Shown: positions 50,540-62,167 of the stretch, piece after piece
How the letters are laid out: each line of letters opens with the position of its first letter
How positions within the stretch are numbered: the first letter of the stretch is position 1
Origin: Balanoglossus misakiensis
Taxonomy: Eukaryota; Animalia; Hemichordata
Reading direction: 5' to 3'
NCBI GenBank assembly: GCA_040954595.2
Contig: CM082592.2
Span: 6,117,531-6,181,530, forward strand
DNA length: 64,000 nucleotides
Position numbers and translations under genes: made by a program
Notes under the pieces: generated by a model
Database searches by the model: none
Seen by the model: only the letters and a program-made list of their open reading frames with translations
Told to the model about the DNA's origin: nothing

Positions 50540-52593
50540 AAACCTCAGTGGCCTAACCGAATCTTGAACCACAGATAAATCAAGCATATAGTAGAAGACA
50601 ATTATCCTGCTCATACGTTGTATACTTCATTATAACCCCATCTTTTGCCGCAAATAAACATTCAGTAAACCAGTACAGTAACAAAATGTAGACTTCAGAC
50701 CCGGTTTTGACTTTAGCCAGACTTTATGAACGTCCACAAGGCCCCAGACCAACCTTTAAAGTAGTACTATATAGAAACGTAGAGTTGACAGCAAAAGTCA
50801 AATTGCAGAGATTATCGCCATCAGTGTACTCAGTCGATCAATCATTCTTCTGTCGCTATGCCATACTTTCAATTGCCAGTTTCCGGCTTTTGATAGTGAA
50901 GTATTGAATCTAGGCCAAAAAAAATATGCACGTATGTCTTTCGTGTAAACCTATACTTAGAATATCCTATTTCATACCTGTCGAACGAGAGGACTAAGTA
51001 CACTCTGCAAACAAGCAACGTCCCGCAAACCTGGGAGGGCGCATACTACATTCCCTCCGGCTATGGAAACCGTATTATTACGATGACAAGTTTCCAACCT
51101 AGGTATGCCGTTCTCAATAATCATGTTACAGGAAAAGCAGATATCCTCTCATTTGCGGCACAGTCGTCTTGGGTACCTGGCTAACATACTTGAGTGGTTT
51201 AAGCCTTGCCACAAGCGCGCACACCCGGTCGGTGATTACATCAAGAAAGACCGATTCCAACAGTGATGAATTTCCCTACATCCTTCCTTTTAAAAACGGG
51301 GGCCAACAACGTTAACACGTGTGTCGCAATCATTTTCCTTCGGTGTTGAAATGCAAATGATATCTTTCGGAAATGAAAAATTTCAGATGATGGTGATGAT
51401 GATCATCGGCGTAGTCACATATGGAATGAGCAGATGAATATGCAAACTTGAGTAAAAGTTTTCTTCAAAAGTTGGATCTTACCTCTTCGACATTCGATGG
51501 CACGCCTCAGTGGCAGTGTATGGATGTCCACCGCTGTATGGCCTAGACTGGAGCGCGCGTTGGATGCAACGGACGTGGCAACCCCCGCGGAGTGATTTTC
51601 GTGCCCGATAACTTTCGGCCCTCGCGTAAATGACTCCAGGCAAATAGTTCTCGGCGCGACAAACGGCGCAGGGGTCGGCCTCGCTGATCACTTCGGCGGA
51701 GTGATACAGAAAATCACGTGGTGGCACAAACCCCAAGAAACTGACCAGGAAAGCAAAGGTCGCTCGATTGACAGTTATTGGCAATCACAGTCTTTTCATA
51801 GTGTTAACTAAGTATTCTCTGTCTCCTCCAAACCATGTCTGTTGTTCAGACGTGTCTAAGCTGTTGCCATGGTTTTGGCTGATTATAATCCACAATCATG
51901 GTAATTATAAACTAAAGCCACGCAGTGTGTCGATTTATTAAAATAGGGACGTTGCTTAATGGGCTAATATTATCGAAATAATCAAAGTGGAATTATCAGA
52001 TGCCTTGTGTATTCACATGCATTTCACGGCGAGTAGGCCCCCCACAGACGAGCAGTGACAACTGGTGATAATGTTGTCGTTTTCGCTTTAGTTAAAGTGT
52101 GACATTTGGCCATGATTTTGTCGAATATTTCTTTCCAATTTACGGAGGCGCCTGAAGGATAATATCGACATGACCCCTAAAAAGTTAATTAGCACATTGA
52201 CTAATTATGCATTTTGAAAGTGTTAATTGTTGTTTTGGTCGGCCATGCGCCTCGGGAAAAACTGCAGTGAGAAAATATCCAGATTTTTTTTTATAATTTT
52301 TTTATAGAAAAGTAACACAGAAAGCCTAAACTTTTGATATGATTACTGCTATCAAGCTATTGCTGTATCGTTTTTTTTTAGATGTGAAATAAAGATTATT
52401 TATCAGACACTCACAGGAAATCTGTGCGTGAAGTCAAGAAAAAAAGCTCCCCCGTGGTTCGTGGGAGTTCCGGGTCAGGAGCAATGATGTTCAATTCATT
52501 AGAGCGTATGGACTAAATGAAGATGTCGACTGCAATTTGTAAAGCAGCGGGGAATCGGGCAAAATTTGATGTCAATATTAATTTAAACTGTCA

Positions 52594-52686
52594 TTAAATC
52601 TTTCACCAACAGTTCCCTCTATAGTGGTCCAACTTTACAATAGGAAACCATGGATTCGGATCAAACCACGGTGGGGACAGGGTTAA
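52594..52686. mobile_element. ~90-bp TTAA mini-MITE copy
   Basis: TTAAATCTTTCACCAACAGTTCCC..GGTCCAACTTTACAATAGGAAACCATGG..GGTGGGGACAGGGTTAA. Confidence 0.6.
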
Positions 52687-54661
52687 AACTTCATGAATCA
52701 TGTTGCCAACACTGTAAATTTTTGTGGCGACTTCAATTAAACGGAGATCTATGGCTCGCTATACGCAGTAACGACTTTATAAATCTAGCTATATCGGAAG
52801 ACTGAAATGGAACTCTAATAATCTTCTCGTTAAAAACGAAAATTGCAAGATATGAAACATCCGGGTGTGCAACGATTGTAATACGTGAAAGCGTCAACTT
52901 TTATCGATGTCTTTAAATTTTGACTCTAGCCAAAGAGCCGATTTTTATTATTTCTACCCTTTTCATGGCCATTGCTAATTGCTTGTTAGACATTTAATTT
53001 GTCCTAAATCCATTTTAATGGAAAAAACGAGTGCATTTATTCGCGATCAATCAACTGGACAGGTTGATATCAGTTTGACACTCGCAAACAAAAATTACTT
53101 CTTCACGCGTACAGTGTTTTCTCGACTTCTTCGGGTACATGGAAAATCAAATGCAAACGATAATGAAACGTTTGAACAAAGACCGAAGATGGACTAACTT
53201 TTACAAAACGTACATAAAAGATTTAATTTGGTTTTGTTGTGTTGTATGCAGTTCTTTCTTTTGCTTTCAATTTAAAATGTGTTTAATAAACCGTACACAA
53301 AACGCCAGCTATGCGCAGGCGAGTTTGCGATCTAACCTACTGGGAGTATTATACGCGATATAATAGATTTTCCTTGATAAGCACTTCTATATGTTAAACG
53401 TCAGCTGTGACATTTTCAGAGTACTTTAGACAATCAATTTCCTTTTTGATGTATAGCTGACGAAGCTTTGTCAAATTACAATAATCTCACTGAATCAATT
53501 TTTAAAAGTTCGCCCAAAATAGGCACACGCCGCAGGTCGAAGTGGTACTTCCGCCATACGGATTAACTAACCTTGAACTTGGTTGCGAAATCCGGGTGAA
53601 TTTGATGGCGTATAACACGAACAATATAAGGCACATTCTAAACCCGAACTGGTTCAAGAAATTAAATGCCCTCCCCCGCCCGATCCAGGCCGAGTCGTGG
53701 ACAGCTGTGCCACTACACACTACATTGACATATTACTGTTTCTCTGTGATTGATTTCTGGCGAAATCAATGTCAATAATCCATTAAGTGCATTGCCCTCT
53801 CGGGTCAAACATGTTACATTCTAATGCTAATGACCGCTCTATAGAAAAAAACTAGGGCAACTGCATCATCTCACTTAGTAAAGATACTAAGCATGAATCT
53901 GGTACAGAAAGAGCCAAATGACCGATATTGTGCCACATACTATACTTGTTCTATGAGCCAAAAGATAATCTCAATTAATATTGCAACCACACACACCACT
54001 AACACGAGCCAGAACACATGTTGGTAGAAGAGACCGACGTTCCGAAGACGACAAGTGAATCACTAAGTTAAACAGACTGCTGTCTCGCTTTGATGGATTT
54101 CCAGTAACACTAATGTCAATACGCTTCTATTGCGCTCGCCCTCGGGTCAAACCCGTTGCATAGTAAATGCGCATTAACCAGTTTATGGATTAAATGGGGC
54201 AACTCAAATTTGCAATTCCTCGCCAATGATACTGAGAAGTTTAAATCCGGTACAGAAAGCAATACTATTCGCCCAGCTGGCCTATATATAATATTAAAAT
54301 ACCGTAGAACCAAAAGACTGTAATACTATAGTAATACGTTTAATTTTAAAAAGAGACTATAAAATTGTTGGTCGTACACGCTCTGTTTTATCAATTTAGT
54401 ATAGTGTCTCTCAAAATAGACTACTTTAAGCCATGTATCCTTATCGATGTGATTCGATCTTTTTTTTCAGCAGGTACATGTACTGGCCTATGAACTGCTT
54501 TGTTTCAAACATTATTTTAATATGATTCGGATGCTACGGCAACGATAAAAAAACATGGCACATGATTGGCTACATGAAACAGCTCCGGTCCCTCAGCGGG
54601 GTTGCACACAATCGATGGCAGAATCGCCGTCATTCACGGGTGACAGTCAAGATCTCGTGCC

Positions 54662-57600
54662 TTAGCGTGGTATAGCCTTGAGTTTTATCCCGTTGGCTGC
54701 CTTCAGTACCAACGCCGCGACCCTCTCCACCCGGTGCGTTGGGTCCACCACCAGGCGATATTTGTTGAGAATTCTCGCTACCACGACCTTCTCTTCATTG
54801 AGCGCGAAGTGTTGACCGATGCAGTTTCTGTAAACGAGAATGAAGCATCCGCATTTTTGATGGGTTGCTTGCTGTTTGCATTATCGCGCGCCAGAGCCGC
54901 GCATCTTCTGGCCACAGGTACTTGCGAACGATATGACACGGAACAGTCTGCAGCATCCAAAGGCCGTTCCATCCGCATCATCATTCGCAAGCAAGCACCC
55001 GTTCTGGCAAAGCAGTAGCTGTTACCGTAAAGAGGCTCGTTGTTTACGACAATGACTGTACGTAGAACTAACGCATCTCTCGTAACCGACATTCGTTTTC
55101 AGTGAACATGCACTACCCGCGACTTCCCTAATTGAATAAACACTTAATTAAAAGTCGGGTATATCACTGTCACTTTCCAGCACCACGTGCATTACCGTCG
55201 GCGTCAACATGGGCGCACATGTGCCGTTTAGACAAATGCAAATTAATACAAATTAGCCTATAACTGGCATTTGAAGTGTGCTCACGGCGCGGCGCTACAC
55301 CTGTTATTCCTAAGGACAATAAATTTTACTGAAATTAGTACCTATTGACTTATATGGCACTGTGCAGTCAAGGCACTTTATAAAACGATTGTTGGCTAAT
55401 TCCAATTAATATGGTAAATGCCACTGTTTCCCATTGTAATTTGCCACAGCTTTTTCTCGTGGATCACCCTGGCTAGGCCTGGAGTGGAACTAAAACCTCT
55501 GGCTCGCCGAGAATCCGGCCATTCCAGATTAGAAATGGCTTTGGTGGGCGGTCGTCTTTTTTATTTTGCTACAAAGACCAGCCACCCGGGATGTCACACC
55601 TCTTTCAACCCAACATCAAAGAATACACCTTAACCGCAGGGAATGCCCCGTGCCTTTAAATCATCCTACCTTTGTCCAGCAACAAACGGCAAGTACGCAA
55701 ACGGGTCCATCTTGACTATGTTTTCGGGACTAAAACGTTCCGGTCTGAACTCCTGGAAGATTATTTGAGTGTGAAAGTAGATTAGAAAACAAGGAACATC
55801 TGCCCGGGGAAGTTGTGAAAAGTGTTTAAAGTAATATTACAATAAAATGTTTGATATAATTGTCGAGTACGCCATGTTTCGACACCGATGCATACGAAAT
55901 GAGATGGGTGTTCTCACAGGTGGTCCAGGTGTAGTGACCGATCAATAACAGAATACTTAGGCCTATTTAAGCAATAAAACACCCCCAGCCATGGTATATC
56001 ACGAGATTTTGACCAGTTCACGACATATACGCACGAGCGATAGCGAGTGCGTATATGGAGTTGAACTGGTCAAAATCGAGTGGTATACCATGGCTGGGGG
56101 TGTTTTATTGCTATTATATTATGCCAGTATATTGAAACTTTGCATAAAACATTTTAAAAAGGCATTTTCTTTAACTATGATATATGACTGTGGTATATGG
56201 CTAATATATCACGGTCACGTGTCGTGTCTCGACCAATCAAATAGCGTGATTTACACCATCAATATACTGGTATAATATAATATGCAATAATACACCGCCT
56301 CAGCAGATGTGCATCTCAACAGTTAGTCAAATGAACGAATGTATGGGAAGGAAGGGAATACGGACAGACAGACAGACAGACAGACGGAGGGATACTCACC
56401 AACGGTTCTGTCCAATACTCGGGGTTATAGTGCAAACCGGTTATATTGATCTCCACCCTCGTCCCAGACTTTATTATTTTGTCATCGAACTGGATATCTT
56501 TGTCGAGCTCCCGGTGCACGCCGGGAACGGGCGGGTACATCCGCAAACTTTCCTTGATGCACTGAGTCAAATATTGAAGTTTGGGGAGATCGTCGCTGCG
56601 TGAATACAGGATAACAAAGAACTTGTTTACTATTCCCATTTTTTTATGTTTTAGCATTATAATGGCCGCCACACTACACACAATTGTATTGAAAAGCGCC
56701 GCGTTGACAGGTGCATGCAAAGTGGAAAGCTTGGTGGCACACGCATGCGCATTGCCGAAGCGTACAAGAACTGCCTGTTTTGATGGATTTATCGTTTTAA
56801 ATAAACGCACATTTGATATGCAAAATATTTTTTAAATATGATATTGCGATAATATACCAGCTCTCACCAGTTAATAGTGTCGCTCTCTCTACCACAAAGC
56901 AAAGAGTCTATCTCATCTTGGCATTCCTTCTGGTGTTCTGGATGCTTGGCCAGGAGGTACAGCGTCCAAGAGATGCCGCTGGCCGTCGTGTCGTGTCCTT
57001 CGAAGAGGAATGTGTCGCACTCCGCCCTGATTTCAGAGTCTGTGAGACCCTCCCCGTCGCTGTCTCGCGCCGTCAACAGAATGTCCAGAAAATCGAGGTA
57101 CTTTCTCTTTGTTGGTTCGCTTTGTGTCTTGTGCGCCTGCGAAATCAACCGGAATCGAAATTGAGGGTGAAAATTGCGTCCTCTCCTTTGCTGATCAACC
57201 ATTGGCGAACAGCAATATAAAAACAAAAGAAACACGTTTCTAACTAGAGGGCGCTATATTTTACACGGGATCTTCTATCTGCCGAGGGACATGAAAAAAG
57301 AAGACAAGTACCAGTTCCTGCTTCCGTCTCTTGATGATGTCCTCTGATGTCTTGTGGACGAAATCACACGATTTCTTGTATTGTCTGCCAATGCTTGACA
57401 GATAAAAAATGGTGTCGAACATGATGTGTGGTGTTCTGTGGGGAGAGAGAGAGTCAACATCGTTATAAATAGATAATCCACGAACTTCCCTTTCTTTTTC
57501 TGTAAAGGCAGACCAGGGGGTTGTTACCAACAAATACATGTACTTTCATGACGCAAATTTGACACTTACTGAATTCGCCGCTGGGTAATGTAGGCAAGGT

Positions 57601-59175
57601 CACGTACGGCCACAACATACGGATGGGAGTCACTAGTAAACAAATCGAAATAAAACAAAACATACAAAAGTTAATTGTTATAACATTTAATACACCAATT
57701 TCTCTACTGGCGTGTTTAGCGTAATATCACCAGTGCTCTTTTAATATAAACTTTGCACGAGTGCGCAGCGCATGCGTGACGAGAACGAACTTGACTGGTG
57801 CCTTACCCCTGGATTTGGCAGTTGTTGTCTTTCCAAGTGAAGGCACATCTCAGTAGGATATCCAGCGTCAAAAGACTGACGCTGTTGAAGACCTCGAAGC
57901 TCTCGCCACTTTTGCCGAGTTTCTCCAGTTTGTTCTGTTCAACGAAACGAAAAAAGACCACCAGGTCAAAAATCAGAGAAGAGTAGTCAAGGAACGCGGG
58001 AAAAGAACAAACAAAACAAACTAACAGAACGGACGAACAACTGAACAGTACAAACCAAGAAAATATCCGCACACTGATTGTAGACCCCGAAGTAAGGCTT
58101 GAGGATTTCAAAGTGGAAGGCTGGCGTTAGAAGCTTGCGACTTCGGAACCAACGTGGACCGTTGCTAACTAGCAAGCCCAGTCCTAACCAGGGAATCAGG
58201 AACCCATAGCCTGCAGCGTGCGGCTTCACATCTGCGAACGGAATCAAATCAGGCGAGGTGGTTAAATATCGAAGAGTTGTGTGATAAGTGCTTCTTTCGA
58301 CTTGAAGTCTTTCTAGATTCGTCGCCCCCCCCCCCCAAAAAAAAACACCTTACGTACCGCAGTTCTTGACTATGACTTTTACCATTCTTGGGTTGTTAGC
58401 GACGAGGATCGGTACAAAGGGACCGTACCAAAACGAATAGCCTTGTGGGTATTTGAACGTCACCTGCTGTCGCCAGACGACACTTTCTTCACCAGGGAGG
58501 AACTGTTAGTGAAAACACAGAAAAGTGTGCGCTTTTGTTGTAAAAAATCAAACAAAACAAAAGTCAAAACATAAAATTGTTTAAGTCGAAGTCTGAAGAT
58601 CATTTGACCGTCGCAGAAATTTGGGTGGACACCCTGTTTATGTGATTTTAGTTTCCAAAAAACAACGTCGTCGTTTGCTGTTGGTATATTATAAAGAACT
58701 CTGCCCTCCTTATCTCCAATGAACAGGCACCGTTTACGAGTCACCCCACGTGCCATAAAAAACGTGTAAATTTGAGTACATGTACTTGTCAACTTTGCAA
58801 GTGGTGACATGACAGCCCACCTGTTCGGGCGGGACAAGTCGACAGCGATAGCGCAAGTAACATGTCAATTGGGACAGGCGGTCAACAATACACTGCTAGC
58901 TGCGAGTCCGTAGCCCTACCACTTCCCAGTATGCAGGGCTACGAACTCGCAGCATGGACCTCGCAGCAACAAAACACGAACTGACCTCAATATTTGAAGT
59001 GACTTACTTTTAAGGACCCAGCCAGCAACGTCGTTTCTGGGCCAGGCCATTGTTGCACGCACCGTGATTTCGCGCGGAAGTCCTTCGCGTACAGGGCGAC
59101 TACGGCCAGTTTTCTGGCCACCGCCACGAGTAAAACAACGGAGACAGCTACTACGGCCAACGAAACAAAGTCCAT
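54662..59175 (-). CDS. Cytochrome P450, CYP4 clan (CYP4F/4B-like), ~505 aa. Exons 59175-59008, 58502-58358, 58231-58056, 57934-57807, 57632-57570, 57435-57312, 57136-56868, 56595-56400, 55752-55670, 54827-54662
   Basis: N-terminal TM anchor plus [32 protein letters not shown]-helix [11 protein letters not shown]-helix [17 protein letters not shown] and heme loop PFVAGQR|NCIG. The exons total 1518 nt in frame. Confidence 0.95.
55965..56291. mobile_element. Non-autonomous element with a ~143-bp hairpin plus a second inverted pair (possibly Crypton-like), CYP intron 8
   Basis: AGCAATAAAACACCCCCAGCCATGGTATA..TTTTGACCAGTTCA..ATATACGCAC pairs with GTGCGTATAT..TGAACTGGTCAAAA..TATACCATGGCTGGGGGTGTTTTATTGCT (55970-56112). 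TATTATATTATGCCAGTATATTG (56112) pairs with CAATATACTGGTATAATATAATA (56260). Confidence 0.7.
58899..58953. repeat. 19-bp-arm inverted repeat in CYP intron 1
   Basis: GCTGCGAGTCCGTAGCCCT ... AGGGCTACGAACTCGCAGC (1 mismatch). Confidence 0.7.
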
Positions 59176-60163
59176 TGCGACTGGAAGGATAGACCGTCAG
59201 CTAACTTATGCTAATTAAAACGCCGTGCACGCCAGGCGCAGGCTTCGGGTCCTAACTCTGAAAGCTGTAGGCTACTTCTGGCTCAACTTTGACACCGATG
59301 AAGGTGAACGCACTTTCGGTGTCAAAAAATCAACTTTAGCCTCTGAGGCTCTGGATAATCGGGTTACTGTTCTGCTGAGTGCCTGTGTGAGTTAAACTTA
59401 ACACAGGGGGAACATTACAGATATCTGACTGGGAAACACCGCGGGAAAGTTTTCGAGAACTGTCGCATGGGCGGCTCTGTTTTGCTTTTTCCCATTCGTC
59501 CACATCACTAATTTGTTAACCCGTATTTTTAATGATAAAGGTTTGCTTATTTCAGCCCAAATTCAATAGGTGTGACTTGTATCAAACATATTTCACCCCC
59601 ACCCCCAAAGAAGTTGTTCGTTGCGGCCCCCCCCCCCCCCCCCATTTCAATCCCCGGGCGGTCACCGTACCGAATTAATATTAAAAGCAAAAACGATTCT
59701 CTTACTTGGCATTTCAAAGTCGATATAAATGTACCTGGATTTATAGCTGGATTTCATCGATATGTGTGTACACGTAAAATCTTTGTGAAACCATAGATAA
59801 AACTGAGTTTGTTTGTTTTTTTTGCATTCTGCAGCGAGATAGAGACTTTGTCCCTTTAATAACTGGACTGAAATACATGTAGTGCGTTCTTTGAACAGCG
59901 CCATCTAACGAACAGAGGTACATCTAGACTTTGTACGTTTCCGAATTCCGGGATAAGACCGTCTACTCGTAGTACAGTGGTGAAGGGACTGTGAAGTGCT
60001 ACGCTTTTTCATGATCACGAGAGAAATTTAATGAGTCAATGGTTGATACTGCTTTTGCGGTCCACAAAGTGACCGCAATTTGACCTTGACATCACAAGTC
60101 ATTTCCACGACCTCCCAAAGTGGCTCATGGGATAGGTGTCCTCGAAATCAAAATGGCGGCAGT

Positions 60164-62167
60164 ATGGAGGGTATGAAAAGACCTGATCTGAAAACTCAAA
60201 CACAGCTGGGCGTCAGATCTCCGAAATTCCAGACCGTTATGCGACAGAAATCACCTCTTCCATCAAAGTCTTCTTATGTACCGTCAGACGATCCAGAGCC
60301 TTTCTATTTAATGAGAAATATGACCGGTAAGTGTTGAACACACTCGGTCGCCATTAGTACTGTACTGTACAAGTATGTTCAAAGTACATAGTATATTATT
60401 GTTTCAGTTTCGGTTCCGTAACTAGATGGACATGCTGACTTTGGAACTCCATTTAATAACACCATGATATCACGGGCGTTGTGCTAAGATTTGTTCATTT
60501 CCGTAACCAACATCAGCGCCGAAGCCCTTTAAATCTTGCACTGGTGTGCTGCACTTGTATTTCACACCAGGCATACTGTTCAATCAAAACTTTATTTTTC
60601 ATGTGAAGCTGTGATTGGTGCCCATAGTTTGAGATGCAGGTAAAAAATTGTTTCCCTACATATCCCACATACAATGGCAGCAAAAAGCAGACAAGTACAT
60701 TATAGACTTAAAATCATGTGTCCGTGCCTCTTTGACAGGAACCGGTGAAATTACGGGTGAGACCAACTTGGTCAGCTACCACGGGTTGGAGCAGTCTTAC
60801 AATAAGTTTTGCAGCAAGAAGGTCAAGGAGCAGTTGAGTGCCTTTCTTCCAAATTTGCCAGGTAAGGAAAATTATAGTTTTGTGTCATAAGTTCGTAAAG
60901 TCAAGAAATGTGCTATAATAAGTGTTACCGGGAAAAAAAGGCATGGTCATAGAAATAAACTTAGCAACATGTGTGTCTAATCTTTTGCAGGTATGATAGA
61001 CACAGTTGGCAGTCAGGATAACAGCAGCTTGAGATCGTTGATCGAAAAGCAGCCGATTCTCGGCAAGGAGTTTATTCCACTTTCGGGGCCATCGCTGGCA
61101 GGATTCAGGTTACATCCAGGACCAGTGAGTATTATACAGTTGTGCTCGAATAAAAAGGACAACTGTTAGTGTTTAATTACAATACATGTACAAGAACTTA
61201 GCACGGCTGGTTAACAGTCAGTTTGTCAAGGGAGCAAAATGTTAAATGACCTTTAACCTCTTGCACCCTGACCTCAGCAGTACAACTTTCTATCATCAAC
61301 TGATAGTGTGTTAACGTCCTAATGTATTGATAAATTATATTCTTATCACACAGATTCCAGAGCAATACAGACTTATGCACCAGCAACCACAGAAAAGGAA
61401 ACACAAACATAAAAAACACAAGAAAGAACATAGAAGTGAACCTCTAGATGCTCCAGGTGAGGTGACACCCCTACTTGAAAATGAAAAAACCCTGTGGATA
61501 ATTGATTGCTCAGTGTACGCTTTCTCTATTGCGGAAGTTGGAGGTCCATTGCAAAGACCCTGGACTTATTGGAGGTGTGATGTGGCTAAAAACTGTACAG
61601 CACAGTTTGACTAGAGTAAAAGTCATATATCGTGCAGCCAGCCGTTGTATGTGATTTTGAATTTTTCATGCAGAAATGAATTGAAAAGTCTCTTCATTGT
61701 GTTCACAGTGGCAGACACAGTGGTTGATGCAAGCCACGACAAAAAACATAAAAAGCAGAAGAAACACGAAGATGGGGAGAAGCGGAAGAAAAAGAAAGAC
61801 AAGAAAAAGAAAAAGGTATGCATTTAAAAGTTAAATTCCCTGTTGTCATAGCACTGGTTTGTTTTTTGCCGACTTCATAAAACACGGAGGTTGAAGCGCA
61901 ATTTAGGAGACAATCATTGGAAGCTTATTTCTAACACTGTTATTAGAGCGGCATTGCACAATAGGCCACTTGGATGACCCCTGTGTGACCTTTACATCCT
62001 GGCATTTTGTAGGTATGAATTTATCATTTTTGAGTTCAATTATACTCCAGAACAGTCAGCTATACAAGTTAACATTTTATGACTTTCATTTCCAGTCTCG
62101 TCATAGCCCGGAACATCAAGGACTCGGAGGAATACAGGAAAGCAACGGGCCGGGAAGACCATCCTAG
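60164..62167 (+). CDS. MED19: Mediator complex subunit 19. Exons 60164-60326, 60739-60861, 60991-61124, 61354-61456, 61709-61815, 62096-62167
   Basis: PFYLMR, ITGETNLVSYHGLEQSYNKFCSKKVKEQLSAFLPNLPGMID..QDNSSLRSLIEK.PI, LAGFRLHPGPIPEQYR, a Lys-rich tail and RHSPEH are MED19 hallmarks. Introns are GT-AG and in phase. Confidence 0.94.
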
